Shown here in pieces: positions 23,416 through 35,606 of a stretch of 64,000 nt of DNA. Position 1 is the stretch's first letter. The number at the start of each line of letters is the position of its first letter. Source of the stretch: Azolla caroliniana (Eukaryota > Plantae > Polypodiophyta); contig JBHGNT010000001.1 in NCBI GenBank assembly GCA_043228905.1, positions 3,782,001-3,846,000 of the forward strand, read 5' to 3'. The translations under genes were made by a program, and so were the position numbers. The notes under the pieces are model-generated. The model made no database searches, was not told the DNA's origin, and was given only the letters and a program-made list of their open reading frames with translations.

Positions 23416-25699
23416 TATATTATTTTGTATAGCTCTTTATTTCTCACGATTATAGCTTCTTTAGTGGAGATCCATTCGTGTATATATATACAAATGAATG
23501 GATGAGTTTAGCATTTCCTTGGAATGGACGATACGTTACTGTATTTCTCTTTCTACTTTAGAAAAGAGGCAAACGAAGTCTTTATTATAGATATGACGTT
23601 GTCACCTAACGAAAAACATATGAAGCAAAGCTTGGATTCTTTCATTGTAATAATATTGGAAAAGATGACAAAAAAGAAGAAAAAAAACTCCTCTTGAGAG
23701 TGTTGTTTGCTCATCATACTATAGGTGTTGTGTGTGTGTGTGTATATATGTATATGAGTGGTCTTACATGTTGTAGCTATGACTTGTAATGGTGATGGGA
23801 GGTGTGTCACATGGATAATTTTATGAGATTGTCAATGGTTATTGTTTGATATATACTAATACATAATAAGAATGAAATAAAAGGATGCCATGAAATGACA
23901 TGACATGGATTGATATTAAAGGCATTGTTCCAATCTTTTGACTTATTCTTTGATCATGCAATTATCTTCTTATTTACTACTTAAACACAATTGTATCTCC
24001 CAATTGTGTTGAGAATATACACATAAATACACACACATACATACATATATACAAGCTTGCAAGGGTACATAATGGTGTATTTTTCTCATTTTTCTCCTCA
24101 AAACATTTAAGTACTTGTTAGATAAATAGTTGGTGAATGTAATGCAATGGTTGCTCACAATGGATTATTAAGCTTTGTTCCAACAAGAGTGCTAATTTTA
24201 CCATAGTTAATGAGTCAAAAGGGCAAAGTATTGGTGCTTCCACATGCAAATGCATTAAAGAAGTGTCGGTTTTGTGTGTTGTGGGTTACAAGTTGTAATA
24301 AGACCAACATGAATGCGTATGAATCCGGTTAATCTCAAGTGGGAGACATTTACAATACATTGCTTTATAATTTGTGGATGGGTCCACTTATAAAGGACAA
24401 TCTCATCCTCCTTTTGTTCTATGGAGACCCCTTATGGATTTGTTGGTAAGGAGTTGGGAAATTATGTTAGATTCTCTGATATTGTGGTGGTTATATAGAT
24501 TGAAGAAACATTACTTGGGATAAGTGACAAAGATGTCACACTTCCAAGTTCATGGCTTAAAGATACAAGAAATCATTGTTAGGCAAAAGTCTAAGGCTTA
24601 TGGATAAAGGAAAACAAACATTTGATAGGCCTTAAAGATAAGTTGAATGAGAATGGGGTGAATAAGCGAAGTGATGGTTAGCCTACCACTCATGATACCA
24701 CGTCGCAAACATGCCTCAAGAAGAGAAGGATCATTGGAAATCTCCTGGGAAACAATAATTAAGAGATAAAGATTTACTTCTTCGCCTTCAATTTGATTCA
24801 TCGAGTCATGTTGTAAATCCATCGAAGCCTCGAGATTTTAATAAGGTTGGAGGACCTAAACAAAAGGTTTCTATAGATGACCCTAGGGATGTGTAGCATG
24901 AAAACCCATACGCATATTTGGAGCGTTAGTTTCACATTATGGTTTGCTTTAAGGGAATAAAGGCATCAATAAAATAATTGATTGAATGAAAATTGTAACA
25001 TGAAATGTGATAGGGGCATGTTTTCAGTGGTTTTCTCTTTTAGTAAAGATTAGTACAATTTCATCTCTTTATAAGGATTGAGATCTAATATTTTTGTCTC
25101 GGACTAACAATCTAGGTGGTTGAACTCAACCAATGGCTTACATTCATTAACTTCTCTTAGGCTAATCTTTTGCGAACACAATTTGTTTTGATTTCTTCTT
25201 GTTAACTTGATTTTTTTTGCATTTTCCCATGTGAACCCAATCTTACTATATAAACCCATCGAATTCATATAACAAATGCATGTATTGGAAATTGCATTGA
25301 GCCTTCTATATATCCAAGAAACGTTTTTTTTTTCAAAACAAATTATCCTTCCATTAGTTATAAAGAAAGGTCTTAACGGTTACATCATACAAAGTATTTT
25401 TTCCCAAGCCCGTGTTGTATACACAACGGTTGAGGAAACAAATCTATGTACTCAAACATAGAGAAAACAGTCCAACAATTACAATCTATTCCCTAGACAC
25501 ATTGCAAGGTATCCATATCTATAGGCAACAATGAAAGTAGCTCTATTTGGAAACAAACCCTCTCAAGTCATGGTTATGAACCATTCAATACTTCTTCAAC
25601 CTGTACATCTCAGCGTTGACGGCGATCAACTACGTTCTTTGTTTTTTCAAGAGAACCACTTTCCACATTCGTGGTTGTAAAGTCAACAACTATGCTTCC

Positions 25700-26220
25700 T
25701 CTTTCCCCATCAACCATCTTGCCGGATTACCACCAAATTCCTGTACATACAACAACAAATTAAGTCAAGTTTCCTCCTCTCCTCATGAGCTTATTCTTCG
25801 GCCCCCACACCATCATCACTCGTCCTGATCAAAAAACATAAAATTGTTTCATTAAGTCCTCATCACCCATCTCGCCAAATACACTGAATTCTTGCACATA
25901 AACAATAAAATGTGTCTAAATTCCTCATCTCCTCATGAGAATATGCTTCGACCTCCACACCATCATCACTCGTCCTTATCCAAAACATCAATTCTACGTC
26001 ATTAAGTCCACATCATCCATCTCGTCGAATACCACCAAAATCCTGCACATACAACAATACATGAGTCTTTTTTCCTCATCCCCTCATGAGAGTATGCTTC
26101 ACCCCCCACACCCTTATCACTCATCCTTATCCAAAAACATACACGTTGCTTCATCAAGTTCACAACTTCTCACGGATTACTGCCAAAACCTGTACATACA
26201 AACAACTAAATGAGTCTAGT
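25700..26220. repeat. Degenerate ~150-bp tandem repeat, 3-4 copies
   Basis: CCTCATGAG...CCCCACACC.T.ATCACTC.TCCT.ATC.AAAACAT recurs near 25781, 25931 and 26082. Confidence 0.8.
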
Positions 26221-26289
26221 CTTAGAAATACGTTTGGACGGGATAACGATCTATTCACGATGTCCAATAATTGTTTTTCGATTATGTGA

Positions 26290-26910
26290 GTGCAATGCTT
26301 GACATTCCCGCATTGATGTTGCATATGAACCTAATGTTATTACATGGGAAAATGTCTTTTGGATGGACGTAAATGTGGATAAGCATAATTATGAAAGGGA
26401 AAATATATTATTTACCCTTCAAACTAGGGGAAGGCAAGTTAAGGACATACCATACTCAAGCTCAAATCAGTTCAATGTGGATGCCACAATATGGGCTACG
26501 ATATCATCGGTGGTTCTATGGAATATTTGGATAGATCTATGCAAAAATGTGTTTAAGCAAATAAAGCAAAATCTTGTTCATTGTGTGAAGGAAATTTGGT
26601 CGATACGTATCTCAATTTTAAAAGCTTGATATGACTCTTTCACGAGTAATGAAGATATGATTTTTCTGAAACAACAATCCTTTAAAGGCAAATGGAAGTA
26701 TTTGTTAGTTTTTGTGGAGAGAAATGACAAAATGGATTGGCAATATGTACCCCCGCGATGGTTGTTTCCTCCATAGGCGGAGTTTGGTTTCAATTATGAC
26801 ATAATGGGGGATATCTTACCCACAACTAGATTGTATCATTATATGTCTTGTATATGCTTTTTGGATTGGTAATGGAAACTATGGTGTAGTTAAAAAAAGA
26901 AAGAAAAAAG
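26290..26910 (+). mobile_element. LINE 3' fragment with A-rich tail
   Basis: IWATISSVVLWNIWIDLCKNVF...EIW...YD...WQYVPPRWLFPP* parallels IWRTVTSLALWTIWKTRCDAVF...EFW...YD of the large LINE. A-rich run at 26892-26909. Confidence 0.75.
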
Positions 26911-27199
26911 CTTAACATTCCCAAGTCGATTATTATGTTTGATGAGCATTACACAAAAATTGCAATTTTTTATCAACTTCCTTCCACTTTCATGATGGAA
27001 TAATGACCACACTTAATACACTTACATAAAGCATGGATTGTGAAAAATGTGAGTTGTCGCCTCCGTGAAACTTGGGTGGAGATTGAGTGCCAAAAAAAAG
27101 GAATTTATTGTCCTAGACTAACAATAATAAAAAACACCTTATTAGTGATATCGTGGAATACTTATTAAATGACCTATATAAGTAAAATTCTCAAGGGAC

Positions 27200-28635
27200 A
27201 ATAATTGCATGCAAAGGCCGAGAATAATGCAGTGATTGACATGTATGTGGAATGTGGTGTATGGCTGGAAATGTCCTTGCATATGTCTGCCTATTGAAAG
27301 CGTGTGTTATTGCTACAACACAATTAAGAGGCAAGAATTCCCATTTTGAAATTTGCAAAAAGGGGTTAGGAATTTATCCATATTGAAGAAGTGCTTAAAT
27401 GCTTCGAGAAGATGGAGCTAGAAGGAATCTCCCAAGATGCCCTCACATTTGTATATGGTTTGACAGTTTGCCTGAACATAGAAAGTTTATGCAAGGGCCA
27501 AGAAATGCAAAAAATGCCGAAAATTACACATGGAGATTGCAAAAGAGGGTTATGATTCAGATTTTTCAGTAGTTAGTGCTCTAATGGACATATATGCTAA
27601 ACTTGGGTTGATGTAAGAGGCACAATATATTTTTGATTCATTGTCAAATTGAGATCTACCCTTGTGGAACACACTGCTTTCAGGATATGAAGAGTTTGGG
27701 CCAGATAACAAAGCGTTACATTGTTTTACACAAATTCAGTTAGATGGTTTATTTCCTGATGTTATCACATTGGCATGTATAGTGAGATCTTGTGGCAATT
27801 TGAAGTCAATTAGTATTGGAAAAAAGATACATATCCAGATCTTATTGACAGGATATGAGAATGATATGTTTATTGCTAGTATGTTGGTTGACATGTATGC
27901 CAAATGCCAGTATCTTCTAGATGCATGTATGGTTTTTGATAAGTGTAAACATGATCGCATATCATGGAATGCACTAATTACTCGACCCTTAGAATGTGGA
28001 TATAGCTCACATGTAGGAAATTGTATAGAAAAAATGTATTTAAAAAATATGTCTGTGGATTGTGGCACATATGTTGCTGTCTTAAAAGAATGTGGTAGCA
28101 TTTATGCTCTCAATGAAGGTAAAAAATACATACTAAAATCCTTCTGAAAGGATATGAAAAATATCTTTTTGTTGGAAGTAATTTGGTCGACTTATATGCA
28201 AAATGTGGTGCACCCCACGAAGCATGAATTATCTTCAAGGGTCTCGCTGCACACGGGATGATGTGTTATGGAATATTCCACTTTCTGGATATGTTCATAA
28301 TGGATTTAGTCAAGAAGCACTAATGAACCTTAGTTTTCATTTTGAAAGCATGTGGAGGCTCAGGAGCTATAGATAGGCTACATCAAACACACATGGAAAT
28401 CTTTGAGAGAGAGATCCTAGTCAGCAACACGCTTGTAGATACATATGGCAAATGTGGCAGCATCAAAGAAGCAAAAAATATTTTCAATGCTCTATATACA
28501 ACGGACATTACATCTTGGAATGCAATGATAAAAGGGTTTGGAATAAACCACGATGGATATATGGTTGTCTAATGTTTCAAATGTATGGTGAAATCAGGTC
28601 TAAAACCTGATGCAACCACATTCACATGCAATATT
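27200..28635 (+). pseudogene. PLS-PPR pseudogene
   Basis: PPR motifs (ALMDIYAK, LVDMYAKC, ISWNALI, NTLVDTYGKCGSIKEA, PDATTF) broken by several stops and frameshifts. Confidence 0.85.
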
Positions 28636-30172
28636 CATTGTAATAGTCGACTATTTTTATACCAATGGATGATATTTTTTATGGAAATAATAATAATAAT
28701 AATAAACACCTACTTCTTCAACTTTCATGCAACATTTTAACCTTGGAAATTCCTCTTTAAACATGGCTACAAATTAGGCTTTTAAGGTAAACAGAAATGC
28801 ATGGCTTCTAGTTTAGTTCTACAATATCATGATTCTACGATTCGTCATAGGCTAGTCATGTATTTTCCCATATTGAAAAAGCGATATTATTGCAACCATG
28901 TGGACTGGTCCTTGATTTCAAAGGGATTTCGTGTGCCCATGCACAATTGAATTGATGAGAGTGAGTGAAACCCTCCAAAAGAAAAGTAGGGTCCCATTCA
29001 CCTTATACGCTTGTACCAACAATTTGCTAGAGGCTCCTAGCCATGCATTTCATGGCAATCTATCATAATTTCATTTGTCCACATGGTATTCACTGGGAAT
29101 AAATAGCATATGATTGCAAGTTGCAAGTAATAGTTTGAGCAATGAGTAAAGAAGAAAATTGCTTCTACATCTAGAAACACTCCAACCTTTTCAAGGGACA
29201 ATTTAAAAGATCCATAAACTTCCATGCAAGTAGGTCTCAAGCTATTGAAAAGAAAAGTAGTCATATTTCTGCAAAAATGGTGGATTTTATTAGTTGAAGA
29301 CTCAAGATGGATTGGTTTCTCAACACCCCCCATGAAAAATGAAATTGTAGGAAACCAAAGATTGGAATTTATCAGTTGATGATGGATTGGTTTGTCTCGT
29401 CAACTCCCTCATAAATAATGAAATTGAAATAATAAGTTAAACCAAAGATTGACATTATCATATGAAGTTCCCCTTGCTCACGACAATGAAGAGACCATGA
29501 TTCCCAATGGTTGATAATGAACATTAATTGTCCTCTCTACATCTTAATTGAGAGACCCTCAATGTCATGAATTTGTTCATTGCATCCACCATACATCTTT
29601 TACTATCTTCATAGATTGCATATGTCAGCCATCAATTGCAAAGCATGCATCATGTAAATTTCATTTGACTCCTCGATTAGTGTGATTTGCACAAGTGAAG
29701 GAATTTGTATGTGGAATGTTGACATCAAGCTTCTCTTGATGAAGTTAAGGACAAATAAGCGTCGAGTGAGAATAGGAAAAAGAGCAAAGAAGTGAGCACC
29801 TCGTCGAAGACTCGAGTAGGAGTTGGGTAAGGAGGTGAGGGATTATGTGAAGGAAAGTAGGATAGACACGGCACGGGCAATGGGAGAGCATAGGCAAAGC
29901 AAAGTGAAGGGCAAAGTGTGGGTCATATTAGTGCAGTGGCCACATGCTTGTGTTTTTTCTTCATTGAGTGAATTTATTTTTCTAACACTAACCACACACA
30001 TTTATACACTTTTTTTTTTTTTTTTAAAAGATACACCTTAGTAAATTACTTGAGAAATGTACATATAGAAAACAGAGGGAGACATTTCATCTCACCTCTA
30101 TTGTAATACAAAACCTAATACCAACATCTGATGATACAGATGATATCACAATAGGAACAAATGGAACACCAT

Positions 30173-32905
30173 CTACAAGCTATGCAATAAAAAAGGAGGA
30201 ATGGAATAATTCCACTTCATACCAGGAGACGTATCTGAAAATAAGTGAAGCCCTCGCCACCGTTTCTTAAAGTCCACTTGACGTTGCCTTTGAGCATCAG
30301 TTGTACCCTGCAAATCATCATATTGTCCACGTATGGTGTGGACAAATAACCACCAGAATTCAATAAGCATATTATTGAGATGTATGTGAGCATTATTAAA
30401 AACAGCATCGCATCTCGTTTTCCATATTGTCCACAGCGCTAGTGACGTAACAGTACGCCAAATAACCAGATTTTCAGTTCTAAACCGAGGAATAACAGAT
30501 GGAAATGAAGTGAGATAGATGTACCCATTGGAAAAGTAAAAAACATGAGAAGCATGCATACGTTCGTAATTCATAACATCTCCATGAAGGACACCCCATA
30601 ATACTGCACCCCACGAGAAAGTAGAACGAGCATAGTGGTTTCTTAGTAATAAAAACAACTTACTCCAGAATTGCTTGATTTTGGGACACATCCAAAACAA
30701 ATGCAAAATAGATTCCGTAGATTCACCACAATGCATTCCACAAGCATATTGCTGATTTTGCCTCAACCAATCACCAACAGGAAGAGCATAATGTATCAAC
30801 AACCAACGAAAACAAATAACTTTTTTCGGCAACTGCATACTCCACAACCATTTCCAAAATTTTGTAAGTTGTAGTTCATTCACATTATTTGCAATCCAAT
30901 GCTTCATGGCAGCCGGGCATTTATACTTTGATTGCAATAATAAATTTCTACCTAACTTAACTGAATACTGAAAGAACTCTAAGTGTTTACCATTTCCATT
31001 AGCATTCGGTTTTTTCCATTGATAATCAGCTGGATCCCAATCCAAATTATAAAGCGGCTTTTTTTGAAAAACCCACAACGAACAACACCATAAGCATTCT
31101 TGAAATGGTGGATCCAAGAGCCATTTTTTTCCCGATCTTGCAACTACTCGAATCGCTGAAACATTGGCGGATATCCACACATCTGATTCAGAAAATACAT
31201 GCCACAACCTACCATCATCATCCACATTAAAGTATATTACATCACCCATAGTGTTAGTTACTTTAGCTCCTAAAATCACTTTTAGAGGAGAGAAATAACC
31301 AAACCAAATCTGATTGCTAGAGGGGGACCATGAAGCCATAAATTGTCCCAATGCCACTTGCATATTATCGCACATTATAGCACTTCCTCGAACTGAAGGC
31401 CTCGACAAAGGTTGTAACTGTTGATTCATAACATAGCATCCCCATGCTTGAACATTACCTGCTATTGATGCATCCATAGAAGCCCAATTCAACCGAGGAC
31501 GGCTACCAAGCAGAAAACCCCTTGAATCTGAAAAGAGAAAGTTCCAGATCAAGGGTTGTCTCAACAAGTCATCCGTTGTCGAAGGTACCTTCCGAATTAG
31601 AAACTTTTTGACAGCTGACCAACTTGTGAGAATTCCATTAAAAAACCTATCTTCTAATAAGGTTGTTTTAAACAAATGAAAATTCTGAATAAAACCCCAT
31701 CTTAAAGATGGTTGCCACTTTCCTCCTATTGATGGGCACATAGTAGACAACCTATGCATCATCAAACGACTCCAAACACCTTGCATTGGCAGCATAGCTC
31801 TGCACACAAATTTAGAAAGCAAAGCCTTACAATGTGCATCTGGATCTACCAGCCCCATCCCACCATTTTGTCGTGGAGCAATCAATACTGCCCAAGCTAC
31901 TTTAGGCCTTTTACCTTGACCTGTTTTCCCTCCCCAAATGTAGTTACGAATGAGGCGTTGCACCTGTAAAATACATGATCTAGCAAACAATGTAGTTGAA
32001 GCAACATACCAAATAGTCGCTAACAACACTTGGTTAGCTACAAGTATACGACCTGCAAGTGACAAGTTAACCGAATCCCAAAGCAACAATTTTCTTCTTA
32101 ATTTTACAAGTAGAGGAGCAACTAACATATCTGCAGTAACATGAAGTCCCACTTGACAGCCTAAGTAACGAGTAGTGGTTCCATTAGGAACCCACTTGAA
32201 TTCCTGCGAAGGCATCCAATTAGGCAAGGAATTTTGTGACACCCAAAAGCCAAGAGATTTATGCCAATTTATCTTTGCTCCAGAGGCCAAACAAAATTCC
32301 TCCACTACTTCTTGCAATTTACTTAAATTTTCATCATTACCTTGAACATAAATTGCAGTATCATCTGCAAATTCTGCATCCAACATTTGTTGTTGCGTGG
32401 CAGGCAAAGGCAAACCCTTCAAAGCAACTTGAGAGGAGTTTAAATACATTGAGAATGTTTCCATAACTAGCAAAAACAGGAATGGGGCCAATGGACAACC
32501 TTGACGAACCGAACGCGAGATAGAAAATTTTCTAGTTTGCCCACCGGCGACCAACACTGAACTAAAGGCCTCACGATACAAGGAAGCTACAACCCTAATC
32601 CACTGCGCAGGAAAACCTAATCTCAATAATGAACCTTCCATGAAGTCCCAATCAACTCTATCATATGCCTTCTCAAAATCTAATAAAAGTACCGCTAGAT
32701 CTTCTTTAGTTTTCATTGCCATCCCTGTTAATTCCCAAAACACAAAAATATTGTCAAAAATACTACGTTCTTGCATAAATCCCGTCTGTGAGTCATGCAC
32801 AATCTCTGAAAGAAAAGGTTGTAATCTCAAAGCCAATAACTTAGCATAGATTTTGTAAATTGTATTCAATAAAGTAATGGGCCGCCAACCCTTCACCTCA
32901 TCCGT
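30173..32905 (-). pseudogene. LINE ORF2 3' half: reverse transcriptase and zf-RVT
   Basis: WRPITLLN, LLDFEKAYDRV, SVRQGCPLAPFLF, EFADD, YLG. Joins in frame to 50067 (PKGEVVT|DEVKGWRPI) once element A and one TSD copy are removed. Confidence 0.9.
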
Positions 32906-33697
32906 TGTCGTGAAGAAAACCGTCCATAGGCGGAATCGGCGCACCAAGGCGTGGGAACCGGTTCTTCACGCGCGCACGCTCCAAGTAGTACATAGAAGCG
33001 AATTAGGAGGATAATCGGCAGGAACGGGCCCTAACTCAAGTGGAGACAAAGACCGCGCGAACAGTCTTTTCGGTCGCGCGCGCGAACTGTACGAGTCGGC
33101 GGCGTAACTACGCGGATGCGTGAAAAACGGAGCGGATCCCTGTCCAAAAGGGACAGGGAATAAAGCTGACAGGACGGCCTGCTCGTCGGCCTATATAAGG
33201 AGCGGGAAAGAGCTGTTGCAGGGATATATCTCGCGCAGAGAGGACGAAGTGCTGCCGGACCGTTTCTGGACGCTTTGCTCTCTGTTTCCTTCCTTCTTGA
33301 GCTCCATAGCTTTCCGTGCAGGGTTCCGAGGAGGCTCGCGCTGTTTTCGAGGAACGCCCGAGTGCTTCCGGCAGCACCTCCGACCAGCTACAGCCCCTTT
33401 GAGCGTCGAAGTGAACAGGCATCGGCATCTGTTCGCCGGCCTGTTCGGTCGTAACCAACCTGTGCCCCGTCGAGGGTTGTAGTCGTGTTAGCCGTTTTTC
33501 TTAATATACACATTTAGCCATTCGCATCTGTCTGTGTCGGTGTCTGTTCGTGTTCTCCGTGCTGAAGGGCCGTGTCCCTGTGTACCCCCGGTCCTGCGTA
33601 GCCGGTTCTCTCTCTTTCCCCTCCCTCGCTTGCTCTTTGGTTCGAGACCCCCGCGGTCCCGCCTCGATTCCACACGCACTTGCATAATATCCCGACA
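32906..33697 (+). repeat. 5' LTR of element A
   Basis: Near-identical to 49271-50062 (two substitutions seen by eye). TATATAA at 33192. Confidence 0.97.
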
Positions 33698-33700
33698 TCT

Positions 33701-33718
33701 TGGTGAACCCGACGTGAA
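33701..33718 (+). promoter_or_regulatory. Primer-binding site complementary to tRNA-Trp
   Basis: TGGTGAACCCGACGTGAA is the reverse complement of TTCACGTCGGGTTCACCA, the plant cytosolic tRNA-Trp 3' end as recalled from memory. Confidence 0.85.
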
Positions 33719-33740
33719 AGAGGCGGCAGAAGAGCAGAAG

Positions 33741-35135
33741 ATGAGGGGGTCGGATCTCGCAGAGGCCATGGCTTCGGCCGTGGATCGGATTGTAAACGCG
33801 CGCGAGAGCACCGGTGCCCTCGACAGAGCTATTGAGGCGGTCGTCGGTACGATCGGCCGGTTCGATGGGAAGGATGCCACGAAGTATTTGGCGTCCTACG
33901 GTGCAGAGATGCTGATGCGGGACATTCTGGAAGGAAGGCGTCTTGCCGGATTTCCCCGAGTGGCGATGCCGAGCATCCATGCGGAGGTGCTCGAGGTGCG
34001 GGCGGAGAGCCGTACCTGGGAGGAGTTCGAAGGTCGGCTCCTAGAGAAATACGGGCTGGACGACGCGCTCCGGCTTTCGAAGCGAAGGTTCATGGAATGG
34101 GTGGAGTCCCCGGGGAAGGGAAGAAACGCGTCGGCACTCCTCCGGGAGTTCGAGGAAAACTTTGCGCGCCTTTCGGCGCTCGACCGAACCATCCTGGACA
34201 CGAGCCGGGTCTTGCTGTTTGTCAAGTCGGTCGACGAGCGGGATCGGGAGCAAGTGGGCCTCTTGCTGGAAACCGAAGACGGGCTCACTACCGACTGGGC
34301 GGCTGTCAAGAAGGTCTGTGGCCGTTTCGACAAACGGCGAGAATGGGCGGATAACGGGGTAACCGGGTCGGGCTCGGTCGCAGCAAGGAAGTTCGAACCA
34401 GCGCCACAGGTGCGAAAGGAAGAGACCCGAGAGTGGTTGGAAACCGGTTCGGCTTCGACCGGCGTAGTCAGAGGCTCAACCGGAGGAGCGGCGCTGGAGG
34501 AATTGACGAGGGCGGTAAAGGACCTCCAAATCGCGCAAGCCCGAAGGGAAGGTGGCGAACCGGCTCGTGACCGACGGTCGGCGGCAGGAAACAGGTGCAT
34601 GTGGTGCGATGAAGTCGGCCACATTCGGAAGGACTGCGGCGACTTCGCGGAGGCGCTGAGGGACAGGGTGGTGTACCTGTGGGAAGGACGGGTGCATGCC
34701 AGCGACACCCGAAGGGCCCTGAGCCGAAACGACGGAAAAGGTGGTATGAAAAGGTTGATGGAAGAGGCGGCGGCCCGACACGCGGAAACCGTCCACTACT
34801 CGGCGTCGGCCGGCATTCGAGTCGGGGGCGGCGAGGCCCGAAGGGAAAGCAAAGCCGGATTCTGGCCGACGATGCTGGAAGGCCTTGCCGGTGCAAGGCT
34901 TAAAGGGGAGGAATCGGACCGTGCGGAGAAACGGGTACGGGAGATGACCGGGTGGAGCGACCCGGTCGAGGAACGGACGGGCTTCGTGGAAGCCGCTTGC
35001 CAGAACTACGAGGCTCTGGTAGAAGAGAAGCGGGTGGGGAAACCCGGGACGACCGGGCCCTCACAACGATACGAGACCCGGTCCGGGCCACGACGGGACG
35101 AATCCGGCGGGGCCGGCACGCAAGATAAACCCCAG
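33741..35135 (+). CDS. gag: Gag of element A, N-terminal part (interrupted by element B)
   Basis: FDGKDAT...TWEEF...LLEKY capsid-like region and CMWCDEVGHIRKDC zinc knuckle. Frame resumes at 44990 (QDKPQ|KGGYRLG). Confidence 0.85.
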
Positions 35136-35555
35136 TGTTACCGGCCGGCAAGGAGTCCAAATTACGGGGTGAAGGAATTAATTAGATATGGTTGTAGATA
35201 AGCATAGTGTGGACGGACGGACTGGAAACGGTATGCCGTTCCAGATCCGGACGGATCCCGAATAGGTGCGAGAGGCACCGTTTTGTACTACGGGCCGGAA
35301 ACCTATTTAAAGGCCCGGACCCTATTATAATGACAGCGGATAATTAGTAGAGCTTATGTTGTTTATACTTCTGTCTTGATTTCCGTTCTGTAATCACTGT
35401 TATATCTTACGCGTGTAATTAACCAAAGCAATCTAATAGTGTAACCTACGTAAGTCGGTGTAATCGTTGAATCTTAATCCTATGCCGTAATCACCCTTTG
35501 GTGAAGTGTCTCCGTGACACCTTGTGTTAGGCCTTGTCCGGCTAAGAGAGTAACA
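35136..35555 (+). repeat. 5' LTR of element B
   Basis: No differences from 44565-44984 seen by eye. TATTTAAA at ~35304. Confidence 0.97.
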
Positions 35556-35561
35556 CAGTTT

Positions 35562-35571
35562 TGGCGACCAC
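35562..35571 (+). promoter_or_regulatory. Primer-binding site of element B, probably tRNA-Arg
   Basis: TGGCGACCAC, 6 nt after the LTR. Matches the recalled tRNA-Arg(UCG) 3' end ...GTGGTCGCCA over about 10 nt only. Confidence 0.6.
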
Positions 35572-35606
35572 GATTCCTGCTTTCTCGCAGCGAACGACGG
35601 TAATGG

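Noticed and set aside
32906-32947. N-terminus MVRRFRLWTVFFTT of the 924-aa ORF
   Set aside because: Antisense LTR sequence fused by chance to the LINE RT. The start codon is TTG.
33108-33482. 116/120-aa ORFs repeated at 49473-49847
   Set aside because: Duplicated only because they lie in the LTRs. No domain features.
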